Part shown: in pieces, positions 1 to 9,847 of the stretch | Position numbering within the stretch: the stretch's first letter is position 1 | Layout: the number at the start of each line of letters is the position of its first letter | Assembly (NCBI GenBank): GCA_947626275.1 | Contig: CANQRL010000005.1 | Coordinates: 18,992-82,991 of the forward strand | Direction of reading: 5' to 3' | DNA length: 64,000 bases | From: an uncultured Bacilli bacterium | GTDB lineage: Bacteria > Bacillota_I > Bacilli_A > RF39 > UBA660 | Position numbers and translations under genes: made by a program | The notes under the pieces: model-generated | What the model saw: only the letters and a program-made list of their open reading frames with translations | What the model was told of the DNA's origin: nothing | Database searches by the model: none

Positions 1-1535
1 CAGGAACAACGATTCCAGCAAGTTTCATTAACTATATGACGAAGAATTTGATTATTGAAAAAGTAGTTAATGGAGAAGAACCAATTCATTCAACAGATTA
101 TTCTTTCCACATTACATTTAAACATTTAGATAATGAAGCTTATGAGCATAGTTACAACTACAAGAAGTATCATACAAATAATGGAACCGAAGTCTTAGAA
201 TCTGGCATTCTAACAGAGGATTCTACTTTCACTTTAAAAGATGGAGAATATCTTGTAGTAGAAAATTTACCAGATGAAGTAACTTATAACGTTAAAGAAG
301 AAACCTCTGCTAGTAGAACTACTTACTATAAAGATAGCATGGAAGAAGAAGTTACTGGAAACGAAGTATCAGGAGATATTGTTTCTGATAGCTATGTTCG
401 CTTCACGAATTACTATGCAGGTATTTCTATTAGCAAGGAAGTTATTGGTAAAACGGGAGATAGAAAACGTAACTTTGAATTTACGATGGTTCTATCTGAT
501 AAGACAGTCAATGGAACTTATGGAGATTTAACTTTCACGAATGGTGTTTCTACTTTTGCTTTAAAGCATGGAGAAACGAAAAAAGCTTTAGGACTTCCAG
601 ACGGTGTAGAATATGAAGTTACCGAAAGTGGTGTAGAAGGCTACTATGCAGAAGCCAATAACCAAATCGGTAAAGTCATCGCTGGAGCAACCGAAGAAGT
701 AACATTTACCAATTATGTCATTCGAAATCTTCGTGTTGAGAAGAGAGTTCATGGCGTTGAGCCAGAACCAAATAAAGACTATCGCTTCACGATTTTGTTC
801 TCTAACATAGAGAATCCTATCTATCCTATTGTTTACACTTATCAAAAATATAATGAAGCTGGTGAAGCAATTGGTGAGATGGATGCCATCGAAAGTGGTG
901 AAAGTTTCACTTTAAAGGATGGAGAATATATCATTATCTATGATATTCCAGATGATATAAATTATCGCATTATCGAGGAAATACCAGAAAAATCTGGTAA
1001 GATAACTGTAAAGAAAACAACGAGTGGAATACTTACTGATCATGAAATCTTTGGAGAAGTTGCTTATGATAATACAGTATTATTTATCAATTCTTATGCA
1101 AGCATTACAGTAGAGAATCAAGTTACTGGAGATGCATCTGATCCAAATAAAGAATTTACTTTTACCGTTACTTTAGACGATGATACGATTAATGGTCAAT
1201 ATGGAGATATGTTCTTTACCGATGGTGTATCAAGCTTTACTCTAAAAGATGGAGAAAGTAAGACAGCAACAGGACTTCCAGATGGAGTAGGATATACGGT
1301 AGAAGAAACGGATAATGAAGGATATACGGTATCTAAAGAAAATGACAAATCCACAACGCAGGCAGGAGAAAATTCTCTTACGAAGTTCAGTAATAATCGT
1401 GGAAGGCGACCAAATCCAACGCTTCCAAATACTGGAGATGATTCTCATCCTATTGCTTGGGCAATCATCAGTTTGCTTTCTGTGATTAGTTTATTCTTTG
1501 GAATTCGTTTATATCGAAAAAGTTCCGCAAAATAA
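1..1535 (+). CDS. Sortase-anchored surface protein with repeated Ig-like/pilin-type domains (5' partial)
   Basis: Frame is open from the window edge. Repeated units (FTLKDGE..., F.FTV.L.D.T.NG.YGD..FT.GVS.F.LK.GE). C-terminal LPNTG, hydrophobic helix and basic tail. Confidence 0.85.
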   Translation, partial: GTTIPASFINYMTKNLIIEKVVNGEEPIHSTDYSFHITFKHLDNEAYEHSYNYKKYHTNNGTEVLESGILTEDSTFTLKDGEYLVVENLPDEVTYNVKEETSASRTTYYKDSMEEEVTGNEVSGDIVSDSYVRFTNYYAGISISKEVIGKTGDRKRNFEFTMVLSDKTVNGTYGDLTFTNGVSTFALKHGETKKALGLPDGVEYEVTESGVEGYYAEANNQIGKVIAGATEEVTFTNYVIRNLRVEKRVHGVEPEPNKDYRFTILFSNIENPIYPIVYTYQKYNEAGEAIGEMDAIESGESFTLKDGEYIIIYDIPDDINYRIIEEIPEKSGKITVKKTTSGILTDHEIFGEVAYDNTVLFINSYASITVENQVTGDASDPNKEFTFTVTLDDDTINGQYGDMFFTDGVSSFTLKDGESKTATGLPDGVGYTVEETDNEGYTVSKENDKSTTQAGENSLTKFSNNRGRRPNPTLPNTGDDSHPIAWAIISLLSVISLFFGIRLYRKSSAK

Positions 1536-1557
1536 AACCCTCTAAAAAGAGGGTTTT
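1534..1557. terminator. Bidirectional intrinsic terminator
   Basis: AAAACCCTCT-aaaa-AGAGGGTTTT between convergent genes. Confidence 0.8.
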
Positions 1558-1588
1558 CCTTTGCAAAAAAAGAAGTACAAAGGTACTT

Positions 1589-2749
1589 CTATAAATCATC
1601 AAGCATTTTATTAATTTTTCGATCTTTTATTTTCCCAACGATAAAAAGGATGAGAAGAAGAAGGAGAAATCCACCAACCCCAATACCAATATAAAGGGGA
1701 ATAGAAGATTTCTTTTTTTCTTTGGGAACTTCTTTTTCTTCTTCTGGTACTGGGTTTATACTACTATTACTTTCTGCTTCTTTTCGTTTCGTTAGAATAA
1801 CATAGGTATTTTTTGTCCCCATTGGGGAAGTAACGATAATTTTTACTTGAAAATTATTGGCTTTTAAATCATCCGCTCCGATGATTTCATAAGTCGCTTT
1901 AGTATCTTCAGGAGTAGCTTTTATTTCGATACTATTTACCTCGTCGTCTAGATAAATGGTATATCTTTTCGTCTCTTTTTGAAAGTTAATCTCATAACCA
2001 TCTATTTGTAGTTCTTTTAAATAGGCATTGCTTGAGACTGTAGTTTGATTCGAATTAGAATTAGACGTTTTATTAGAATTTTGGTTAGAATTAGAATTTG
2101 ACTGTGAATTGGAATTTGACTGGGTATTGCTATTGGAATTGGTATTCGTATTGGAATTGGTATTACTAGAAGGATTAGGGGTAGTTTCTTTTGGCTTGAT
2201 TGTTATCGAATAACTTTTGTTAACGGCAAATTCTATTTCATCTCCTACTTTTTCTAAAGTAGAGAAAAGTTCTTCGATTGGTTGATCTAGTGATATCTTT
2301 CCTTTGATATCAGCATTATTTACCGCTAAAGCAGCCGCTTCTTCTACTTTTAAGGTAGTAGATGTCTTCGTAGTATCATTAATCGTAAATTCGGCATCTA
2401 AATAGTAATCCTTACAAGCTGCTCCTTCTAGCTTGTCTAAATCTAGCGAAAAAACTAAATTAGAACCATCCACTGCAAATTCATAAGTACTAAAAGAAGA
2501 ATAATTTGATTTAGGATTTTTAAGTTTTAAAACATTTTTATCATAGTCTAGTGAAAAACCGATTAGAAAAATATCTGCTTTATTCGTCGCAGTACAATCT
2601 AAATCAATAGAAAACCGAAGCGAAATCGTATCGCCAACTTTCCCTTCTTTAGCTCCTTCTATGGACATGCTTTTAATCCCTATCGCATGTGCATTAAAAG
2701 GAAAAAAGAATAATATCCCTAGCAATATAGGAATCCAAACCTTCTTCAT
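1589..2749 (-). CDS. Membrane-anchored surface protein with cohesin-like and cadherin-like beta-sandwich domains
   Basis: Signal peptide, LDYDKNVL cohesin-like segment, Asn/Ser-rich linker, SNAYLKEL..DGYEINF cadherin-like start, C-terminal TM helix. Confidence 0.65.
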   Translation of the reverse strand: MKKVWIPILLGILFFFPFNAHAIGIKSMSIEGAKEGKVGDTISLRFSIDLDCTATNKADIFLIGFSLDYDKNVLKLKNPKSNYSSFSTYEFAVDGSNLVFSLDLDKLEGAACKDYYLDAEFTINDTTKTSTTLKVEEAAALAVNNADIKGKISLDQPIEELFSTLEKVGDEIEFAVNKSYSITIKPKETTPNPSSNTNSNTNTNSNSNTQSNSNSQSNSNSNQNSNKTSNSNSNQTTVSSNAYLKELQIDGYEINFQKETKRYTIYLDDEVNSIEIKATPEDTKATYEIIGADDLKANNFQVKIIVTSPMGTKNTYVILTKRKEAESNSSINPVPEEEKEVPKEKKKSSIPLYIGIGVGGFLLLLLILFIVGKIKDRKINKMLDDL

Positions 2750-2843
2750 ATTTCACAACCTTCTACTATTTAAACTATATCATATTTATTCTATAAAAGA
2801 AATAAAAAGTAGAAAGATATGCTATAATAAATAAGGCGATGTT

Positions 2844-3884
2844 ATGAAAGAAATAGTAGAACCACTTCTCAGGTGGTATCAAGAAAATAAACGGATTCTT
2901 CCTTGGCGGTTGGATAAGGATCCTTATCATGTGTGGATTTCTGAAATTATGCTTCAACAGACAAGAATTGAGGCTGTAAAAGAGTACTATAAGCGCTTTA
3001 TGGAAAGAATCCCAACGATTCAGGATTTGAGTGAGATAGAGGAGGAAGAACTATTGAAACTTTGGGAAGGATTGGGATATTATAGTCGAGCTAGAAACCT
3101 AAAAAAGGCAGCTGTTCGCATCGTTCAAGAATATCATGGAATCTTCCCATCGAAATATGAAGATATTTTAACGCTTCCTGGTATTGGCGAATATACGGCA
3201 GGAGCGATTAGTTCCATCTGTTTTCAAAAAAAAGAAGTAGCGGTCGATGGAAATGTCATGCGCGTATATACTAGAGTGACCAATCAAGATATCGATGTTA
3301 CCGATAATAAGAAGAAAAAAGAAGTAGGGGATGCTATCCGTAAAATATTGCCAGATACCCCCGGAGACTTCAATGAAGGTATCATGGAATTAGGGGAAAC
3401 GATTTGTTTACCTAATGCAACTCCAAAATGTGATATTTGTCCACTTTCTTCTCTTTGCAAAGCCTATCTTCATCATCGAGAAAAAGAAATCCCAAGAAAA
3501 ATAGTAAAGAAAGAAAAGAAGACGGAAGACTTAACGGTTTTTCTAATCGTGTGTCAACATAAAATTGCTTTAAATAAGCGCTCTACAGGCCTTTTAAAGA
3601 ATTTATGGGAATTTCCTAATGCACCACATCTTTTGTCCTCTAAAGAGGCTTTAAATTGGTTAGGAGAGGGGATTTCTGTTATTCGTATCCAAAAAGGAAT
3701 TTCTAATACCCATATCTTTACTCATAAAAAGTGGAATATGCAAAGTTATCTTGTAGAAATTGATTTTCCATTAGAAAATTATGTTTGGGTATCCTTAGAA
3801 GATATACAAAAAAATTACGCTCTTCCAACTGCTTTTAAGCCATTTCTTGAATCTCTAATCGAAGAATTTAAAAAAAGCAATTAA
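2844..3884 (+). CDS. mutY: A/G-specific adenine glycosylase
   Basis: WISEIMLQQT, WEGLGYYSRARN, HhH LPGIGEYTA, VDGNVMRV, [4Fe-4S] C-x6-C-x2-C-x5-C. Confidence 0.95.
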   Translation: MKEIVEPLLRWYQENKRILPWRLDKDPYHVWISEIMLQQTRIEAVKEYYKRFMERIPTIQDLSEIEEEELLKLWEGLGYYSRARNLKKAAVRIVQEYHGIFPSKYEDILTLPGIGEYTAGAISSICFQKKEVAVDGNVMRVYTRVTNQDIDVTDNKKKKEVGDAIRKILPDTPGDFNEGIMELGETICLPNATPKCDICPLSSLCKAYLHHREKEIPRKIVKKEKKTEDLTVFLIVCQHKIALNKRSTGLLKNLWEFPNAPHLLSSKEALNWLGEGISVIRIQKGISNTHIFTHKKWNMQSYLVEIDFPLENYVWVSLEDIQKNYALPTAFKPFLESLIEEFKKSN

Positions 3885-3886
3885 AA

Positions 3887-4789
3887 CTATTTTAATTGCT
3901 TTTCTTTTTTCAACATTTTTTCCCGAACATATTTGATAGAAGTAACAGGGCCTGTAGTTAAAAGTCCCAGTAATGGTTGTGTAAAACTTTCTATCTTATT
4001 TTTTTCTTCAATAGAATGTAACAAAGTGGATTCAGAACTCCTTTTTATTTCTTGTCGTAGATGAGAAGGTAACATGTCTTTTAAACTTTGACATACTCTA
4101 TCATAAAAAATACAAATACTGCCATCTTCTTTTGTTTGAAAATAGCTTGTATTTCTTCCATAAATCTTTTCAAACAGTGGAAATTCGGCCTCTACAATAT
4201 TAGAAATTTTATTGGGATTTTCAACAAACAACATTCGAATATCTCCTCGATAGGATAGAGAACAAAGATGGCTATATAACCCCTTTAATGTTTGCTTTTC
4301 GGGTGGAAGAGTATAAAGGGCTACTAGGAGCGCTAATTTCCGATTCCAAAAAATCGCCTCATTGATTTCATTGGTAGTTCGAAAAGGTCGAATTGGTTTT
4401 TGAAATCTGCCTGGTAGAAAAAAGCTAGACCATGTCTTCATTTGATTTAGAAAAGTGGCTTCACTTGTTACCCCATATTTGAAAAGATATCCTTCAAAAG
4501 GAATATGGGTTAAATAAGATACCCCATTTAAGAAAGAAATTCTCTCAATATTAATATTCCCCAATAGAAGTTTTGCGTTGAGAGAATAGTCTTGGGGATT
4601 TTTCTTTTTATTTTCTTGGTGCCACTTCTGAGAGGATTGAACGACGAAGATAAGATCAATCATTGACTTCTTCTGAAGAGAATACCCTTTTTGATGAAAG
4701 ATGCCAGAACCATATCCAAAAGCCCCAATAATAGGGATACTATTTTCACGACTAGCAATGAAATCTTCTACTATTTTTGCTTTCATCAT
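3887..4789 (-). CDS. Tam41/Mmp37-type phosphatidate cytidylyltransferase (CDP-DAG synthase)
   Basis: FGYGSG, MIDLIFVV, WH..N...NP.DYS, KYGV, GRFQKP, LSYRGDIRM, ENPNKISNIV match Tam41 family motifs. Confidence 0.85.
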   Translation of the reverse strand: MMKAKIVEDFIASRENSIPIIGAFGYGSGIFHQKGYSLQKKSMIDLIFVVQSSQKWHQENKKKNPQDYSLNAKLLLGNINIERISFLNGVSYLTHIPFEGYLFKYGVTSEATFLNQMKTWSSFFLPGRFQKPIRPFRTTNEINEAIFWNRKLALLVALYTLPPEKQTLKGLYSHLCSLSYRGDIRMLFVENPNKISNIVEAEFPLFEKIYGRNTSYFQTKEDGSICIFYDRVCQSLKDMLPSHLRQEIKRSSESTLLHSIEEKNKIESFTQPLLGLLTTGPVTSIKYVREKMLKKEKQLK

Positions 4790-4882
4790 TTAATCCTCCT
4801 GACAAAAAGTATATTATAATCGAACTTTTTAAAATATACAAGGTTCTTTCTATGGAAAAAGTGTGATACAATGGTATTAGAT

Positions 4883-4959
4883 GTTCACGTAGCTCAGTTG
4901 GATAGAGTGTTGCCCTCCGAAGGCAAAGGTCGCGAGTTCGACTCTCGCCGTGGACACCA
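4883..4959 (+). tRNA. tRNA-Arg(CCG)
   Basis: Acceptor GTTCACG/CGTGGAC, anticodon arm TTGCC-CTCCGAA-GGCAA, TTCGA T-loop, A20, encoded CCA. Confidence 0.95.
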
Positions 4960-5070
4960 GTTGAAAGAAACACACGAAAGTGTGAGAATATAAATTTAGA
5001 AAGAGTCAAAATAAAGGAAGTATTCTTAGAATACTTTTTTTGTGGTATAATAGACCATCTAGGAGGAACT

Positions 5071-5910
5071 ATGATTAAAGAACACCCTGTCGAACACTAT
5101 ATACATTCTGTAAAGATTAACGAATCGTTTTTTCAAAAATATTATTTTCATGCTGTACTCGATTTAAATTTAATCAAAGTCGATTCCATTTTAAAAAATG
5201 GTATTTTAACGAAAAACGAAATAGAACAACAAAAATTACCATCTATTTATACCCACGATGCGAGAGACTTTGATTCTAAAAATGGAACTCAGTTTGTTTC
5301 TTTAACACGGTATCCTGATGAAATTGCCTTTTCTGCTCTTTTTGAATCCTTTACCCTTCATACGCTTTCTAGTCTCTCTTTTATGGTCGATAAAGAGATT
5401 CCTATCAGTAAAGTAGGGGAAAGAGAGACATTCTTTGATGATGAGGTTTTTCATAAAGGGGGGATTGCCTCAACAGAACTGAGAGGCATTCTATTACCGG
5501 AACATTTAACTTGTAAACCTATTCGTCAAGTTCCATTTCTAGCAAACGATTTATCCTGCTATACTAAGACTTATCTATTAAATCTTATAGATTGTTTAGA
5601 AAGATATTTTGGTAAGAAAATCGCAAAAGAAACACTTTTAGAAAGTTATCGACAATTATGGGATATCCTAGAAGAATATGAAAATCCTGATAGATGGATA
5701 AGTTCTATTTTAGAAAGTCAACAAAAGAAATATGGAAAGGATATACGAGATATTCTATCCCTTCTTTTAGAAGATTTATGGGCCAATCATATTGGAAAAG
5801 CTAATCCTACCTATTTTGATGTTTTAGAAAGTCTTCATCCTAATATCCCTGTTTATGAATTACAAAAAGAGGGAATACAACCAATTCTTGTTAAAAGAAA
5901 CCATGAATGA
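5071..5910 (+). CDS. Hypothetical protein, probable ADP-ribosyltransferase-like (DarT/Tpt1-like) fold
   Basis: YFH...SILKNGILT, FVSLT, DEVF....I pattern. Own promoter and AGGAGG RBS. Confidence 0.45.
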   Translation: MIKEHPVEHYIHSVKINESFFQKYYFHAVLDLNLIKVDSILKNGILTKNEIEQQKLPSIYTHDARDFDSKNGTQFVSLTRYPDEIAFSALFESFTLHTLSSLSFMVDKEIPISKVGERETFFDDEVFHKGGIASTELRGILLPEHLTCKPIRQVPFLANDLSCYTKTYLLNLIDCLERYFGKKIAKETLLESYRQLWDILEEYENPDRWISSILESQQKKYGKDIRDILSLLLEDLWANHIGKANPTYFDVLESLHPNIPVYELQKEGIQPILVKRNHE

Positions 5911-5943
5911 AATAAGAAAAGCCCCTAGAAAAAATCTAGGGGT

Positions 5944-6600
5944 TTACCAGCTTTTGCCAGAATAATATTCGTAGTTATTGAGATTTTCCCAAGTCTGAAT
6001 ATTTTCGTTTCTCGCTTGATTATTTTGAATAATTTCTTCTTTTAATTGTTCTTCAATACTTTTCTCATTAGGAACCTCTGGATCCTCTTCTTCCGGTTTT
6101 CCATTTGGATCTGGATTTTCTGGGTTTTCTGTTCCAACTTGAGACTCTAATTCTTTAATTTCTTGTTCCAATTTTTCTGCTTCTTTAGAAGAACCATTCT
6201 CATCTTCTTCATGGGCACAATCGTCCTGATAAAGAATCTCTCTTGCTTTTTTTAGATAACTCATATCCTCTTTGACATCCGCTAATTGAAGCGTTGCTAA
6301 AGAAAGATTGATACGAATATCACAGACTCTTTTTTTAGGGGGATTTTTAGTAAGCGCTATTTCATATCGATTTATTGCCTTTTCATATTCCTCTTTTTGA
6401 TAATAGATATTTCCGTGGTTGTAATAGTCGATGTAAGATTGTTGAAAATTTAGAACATATAGAAGGTCAATATAGAAGGAAGAGTCATTTCCTTTTTCGT
6501 ATTCTGCAATCATTTTTTCATTTAGGAAATAAACACTAAAAAATCGTAAAAAGAGAAGGGAAAAAAGAATTATGAGTCCAATACATACTTTTTTTCTCAT
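5944..6600 (-). CDS. TPR-containing membrane protein (BatC-like)
   Basis: YYNHGNIYYQKEEYEKAINRYEIAL TPR; last gene of the MoxR operon; ends in KSW. Confidence 0.75.
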   Translation of the reverse strand: MRKKVCIGLIILFSLLFLRFFSVYFLNEKMIAEYEKGNDSSFYIDLLYVLNFQQSYIDYYNHGNIYYQKEEYEKAINRYEIALTKNPPKKRVCDIRINLSLATLQLADVKEDMSYLKKAREILYQDDCAHEEDENGSSKEAEKLEQEIKELESQVGTENPENPDPNGKPEEEDPEVPNEKSIEEQLKEEIIQNNQARNENIQTWENLNNYEYYSGKSW

Positions 6601-7532
6601 ACACTTTTCCTCATTTCTAGTAATAATAAGATGAATAGAGGAAGAACAAATAGATAGTAAAGGTCCTCATATCCTTCCTCGCTATCTCCTTCTTCTATTT
6701 TCGTTAAACGCTTAATTTGTTCTACTTTCTTTTTGAGATCCTTTGTATCGGTAAGATGGAAATACTCTATTTTCATTTCCTCAGAAATTGCTTTTAAATT
6801 CTTTTCTTCGTATTTGGAAATAGCGATATAGTCATCATATCCTTCCCCATAGTAAGGAAGATATTCTTCACCCTCACCGGAATATTTAGCTACTTTCATT
6901 TTCGCTCCCTTTTCTGTTCCATATCCAAAAACAGCTCCGTTATCGATATAAGACGCTAAAGAAGAGAAGGATTCCCTCTTTTCTTCATTAGTGATTTCTC
7001 CATCACTAAAGTAAAATAAAACTTGGATTCGATCTTTTTCTTTATTTGCGGATTCTAAAGATTTCTGAATGGCTTCTAGAGAAACACTGATATTAGATCC
7101 TCTTGCATAAGATCGATCGAGTACTTTTAAACTTTGCGTAGTATCAAAAATCATTTGAGCATCGCGAACATAGGGAATGAGAATCCGTGATTTATTATCA
7201 AACGTAACTAATGAAAATCTTGCTCCGTTTAGTTCATCGATGATATATTCTACATCTTCTTTGACGGAATCTAATCTTGTTTTAGCATCTCTTCCATCCA
7301 ATGCATTCATACTAATGGTTGTGTCAATCGCAAGAAGAACATCTAGGTTATTGGAAGTGGTAGGAATATCATCCGTTCGAATCTGGAATCGCAAGTTTAT
7401 GAGAAATAAGAAAAGGATAAGAAGAGTTTCTATTATTGGCTTTTTTCTTCCTTTTTTCAACCATAAATAAAGAAGAATGAAAAGAGAAAAAGGAATGATT
7501 AACCAAAGAGAAATCATCGGATTTATTCTCAT
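6597..7532 (-). CDS. vWA domain membrane protein (BatB-like)
   Basis: MIDAS-like DTTISM, SDGE, terminal TM helices. Confidence 0.85.
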   Translation of the reverse strand: MRINPMISLWLIIPFSLFILLYLWLKKGRKKPIIETLLILFLFLINLRFQIRTDDIPTTSNNLDVLLAIDTTISMNALDGRDAKTRLDSVKEDVEYIIDELNGARFSLVTFDNKSRILIPYVRDAQMIFDTTQSLKVLDRSYARGSNISVSLEAIQKSLESANKEKDRIQVLFYFSDGEITNEEKRESFSSLASYIDNGAVFGYGTEKGAKMKVAKYSGEGEEYLPYYGEGYDDYIAISKYEEKNLKAISEEMKIEYFHLTDTKDLKKKVEQIKRLTKIEEGDSEEGYEDLYYLFVLPLFILLLLEMRKSV

Positions 7533-8545
7533 GCCATCACCTTCTTTCTTATAAGAATAAGAAGAAAAAGAGAGATGCTCAATATAAGAAAGGGAATGAT
7601 AGGAATATCCTTTTTCACAATTTGTGGTTTTGTTTTTATCAAGGATTTACTCGTTTTCTCAATTTCTGAAACAATCTTTTCCGTTGAATCTTTTTCAGAA
7701 CTATAGAGTTTTCCACCTGTTATGTTCATAGCAGATGCGAATCCTTCATGATCTTTCGAATTAATGTTCTTCGTTTCAATGCCATATACGATGACTTGAT
7801 TTTTTTTGGCTAAAAGAGCAGCTTCCTCTAATGTTAAAAGGGGAGTACCAGCAAGGGAATTATCAGTTGAAAATAAAATGATTTTGGTACGGTCTTCTTC
7901 TAAGTTCGGGAAATGATACATGCAAGATGCAAGACCTTCACCGATAAGAGAACTTCCTCTCGACATATCTCCTTCTACTGTTCCACCTATTAAAAGGGCA
8001 TTGTAGTCATAATAATTGCCATAGTCGTCTTGATAATCATAGTCTCTTTTATTCGTCAAATCTAAGGCTATCTTTAACCGGTCTAGCATTGTTAAAACGT
8101 ATTCGTAATCGTCTGTTAGAGGTACTAAGGTACTAGTAGAAGAGTTAAAAGCAGCTATTCCAAATCGCTCTCCTTTTAGAGAAGAAACAGTATTCTTAAT
8201 AGTATCTACAATCTTATAATTTAATTCATTTACAGAGGCAGAAACATCCATACAGAGAATGATATCACGGTTGTATTGTTCTGGATTATTTTCAGTAATT
8301 TTCGTTGGCCTTGTTAGAAGGAAAAGCGCACTTCCTAGAGAAATAAGCGTGAAAAGTTTGATTAATCTTATCATCCATTGGTATTTTTTCCATTGCTTTT
8401 GAAAATAAGTAGTCTCTTTGATAAACTCAGTATTCGCAATTTTAATTCCTTGTTCATACTTTTCTTTTTTTCTTTTTGGAAGGAAGAAAGCTCCTAGAAT
8501 GAGAAAGATACCGATGATGAGAATAATTGGATATTTTAATTCCAT
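7529..8545 (-). CDS. vWA domain membrane protein (BatA-like)
   Basis: DVSAS MIDAS, PLTDD, STDN, TM helices. Confidence 0.85.
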   Translation of the reverse strand: MELKYPIILIIGIFLILGAFFLPKRKKEKYEQGIKIANTEFIKETTYFQKQWKKYQWMIRLIKLFTLISLGSALFLLTRPTKITENNPEQYNRDIILCMDVSASVNELNYKIVDTIKNTVSSLKGERFGIAAFNSSTSTLVPLTDDYEYVLTMLDRLKIALDLTNKRDYDYQDDYGNYYDYNALLIGGTVEGDMSRGSSLIGEGLASCMYHFPNLEEDRTKIILFSTDNSLAGTPLLTLEEAALLAKKNQVIVYGIETKNINSKDHEGFASAMNITGGKLYSSEKDSTEKIVSEIEKTSKSLIKTKPQIVKKDIPIIPFLILSISLFLLILIRKKVMA

Positions 8546-8988
8546 TTTTGGATTACCTCACTCGCTTTTTTGATTTCCTCTATGATATTTCCTTCCGACT
8601 TTTGCGCAAATTCTGGCCGATAATATCCTTTTACTAATTCATAGAGAATTGGCATATTTAATTGTTTGATTTCCTCTAGTGAATAGTTTTGCACTTTGAT
8701 ATCCGTTAATTCAAAGATGAAATGGCGAATACAAAGACTTAGTTCTTGATATCCTTTACGACTAGAGATTTGTTTGTTTTGTAAAAGAATGGTTAGCTGC
8801 TCTAACTTTCGTAAATATTTTTGTTTAATAGCATTTTGATCTTTGATTATAGGAGAAGAAATCTTTTTATTTTTTTTGGAAAGAGAAATAACTAAAAAGA
8901 CAAGAATGACAATAAGAAGAACGAAAAAGATGACTATCGGATAGATAGAATAGGAAAACATATCTCTTAATTTAACGGTTATTTGCAT
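8536..8988 (-). CDS. Membrane protein of the MoxR operon
   Basis: N-terminal TM; overlaps both neighbours. Confidence 0.7.
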   Translation of the reverse strand: MQITVKLRDMFSYSIYPIVIFFVLLIVILVFLVISLSKKNKKISSPIIKDQNAIKQKYLRKLEQLTILLQNKQISSRKGYQELSLCIRHFIFELTDIKVQNYSLEEIKQLNMPILYELVKGYYRPEFAQKSEGNIIEEIKKASEVIQKWN

Positions 8989-9847
8989 ACTGCTGCCTTT
9001 CTAGTAATTCTATCATCTTGAAGGGAATTTCTTTGACACTATCCATCAAGATAACATTTCCTCCATACTTTTGAATTCTTTTTTGATGCTTCTCAAATAG
9101 GTTTTTTTTCATCACTTTTTCCATTTCCTCTAACTTCTTATCATTCGAAAAGAAATTAGGAATATAAGTATTTTCCCCAACGTCATAGGCGTTTTTCTCT
9201 TTGATAGAAGCATCTGAAATGGTAACGACTAATAAGTCATGAAGCGTACTAATCTCTTGAATCATTCTATCTTCTAATTTATCTAGTCCTTTTAAATCAG
9301 TAATGATAAAAACAATCATTCTTTTTTTGATATTTCGACATAGATAGTGAATCGCTTTCTCTAATCCCGTCTGATTGGTCATTCCTGCTTCTTTTTCATA
9401 TTCTGTTAAATATTGCTCTAAATGGTAGTAATCATATTGAAATGGTTTATAGTGTATTTGTTCTTGACAGTTGTAAATCATTCCAACGTAATCCCCGTTT
9501 TTCATAGCGAGATAGCCAATGGTACCCGCACTAAAAAGAGCAACCTCTTTCTTAGGCACTTTTTCCTTAGTATCCGCTTCCATTTTACTACCAGTATCCA
9601 TCACTAATAGGATATTGTGCTTTTTTTCCGCAATAAATTGTTTTACTAGTAAACTCCCACTTCGTGAAGAAGCTTTCCAGTCAATATCTTTAACATCATC
9701 ATTGATGGTATATTCCCTTAGATTTTCAAAATTCATACTTTTTCCCTTATAGACGGATTTATAAGTTCCATCTAGGAGGTTATTTGTTTTTTTGTTAGAG
9801 GAAATGGTCAGATTAGCTTTAATCTGATTGACATATTTTAACTTCAT
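8972..9847 (-). CDS. DUF58 domain protein
   Basis: FENLREY...DDVKDIDWKASSR motif next to moxR. Confidence 0.9.
   Translation of the reverse strand: MKLKYVNQIKANLTISSNKKTNNLLDGTYKSVYKGKSMNFENLREYTINDDVKDIDWKASSRSGSLLVKQFIAEKKHNILLVMDTGSKMEADTKEKVPKKEVALFSAGTIGYLAMKNGDYVGMIYNCQEQIHYKPFQYDYYHLEQYLTEYEKEAGMTNQTGLEKAIHYLCRNIKKRMIVFIITDLKGLDKLEDRMIQEISTLHDLLVVTISDASIKEKNAYDVGENTYIPNFFSNDKKLEEMEKVMKKNLFEKHQKRIQKYGGNVILMDSVKEIPFKMIELLERQQYANNR

Noticed and set aside
2040-2180. Asn/Ser-rich repeats
   Set aside because: Ordinary low-complexity linker of a surface protein.
4883-4959. Possible CGG or AGG codon reassignment, known in some uncultured Bacilli
   Set aside because: The tRNA has Arg identity (A20), and CGG/AGG occur at conserved Arg positions (DIDRII in the dGTPase, VRGNCD in YfcE).
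4752-5009. 85-aa minus-strand ORF
   Set aside because: Antisense shadow of tRNA-Arg.
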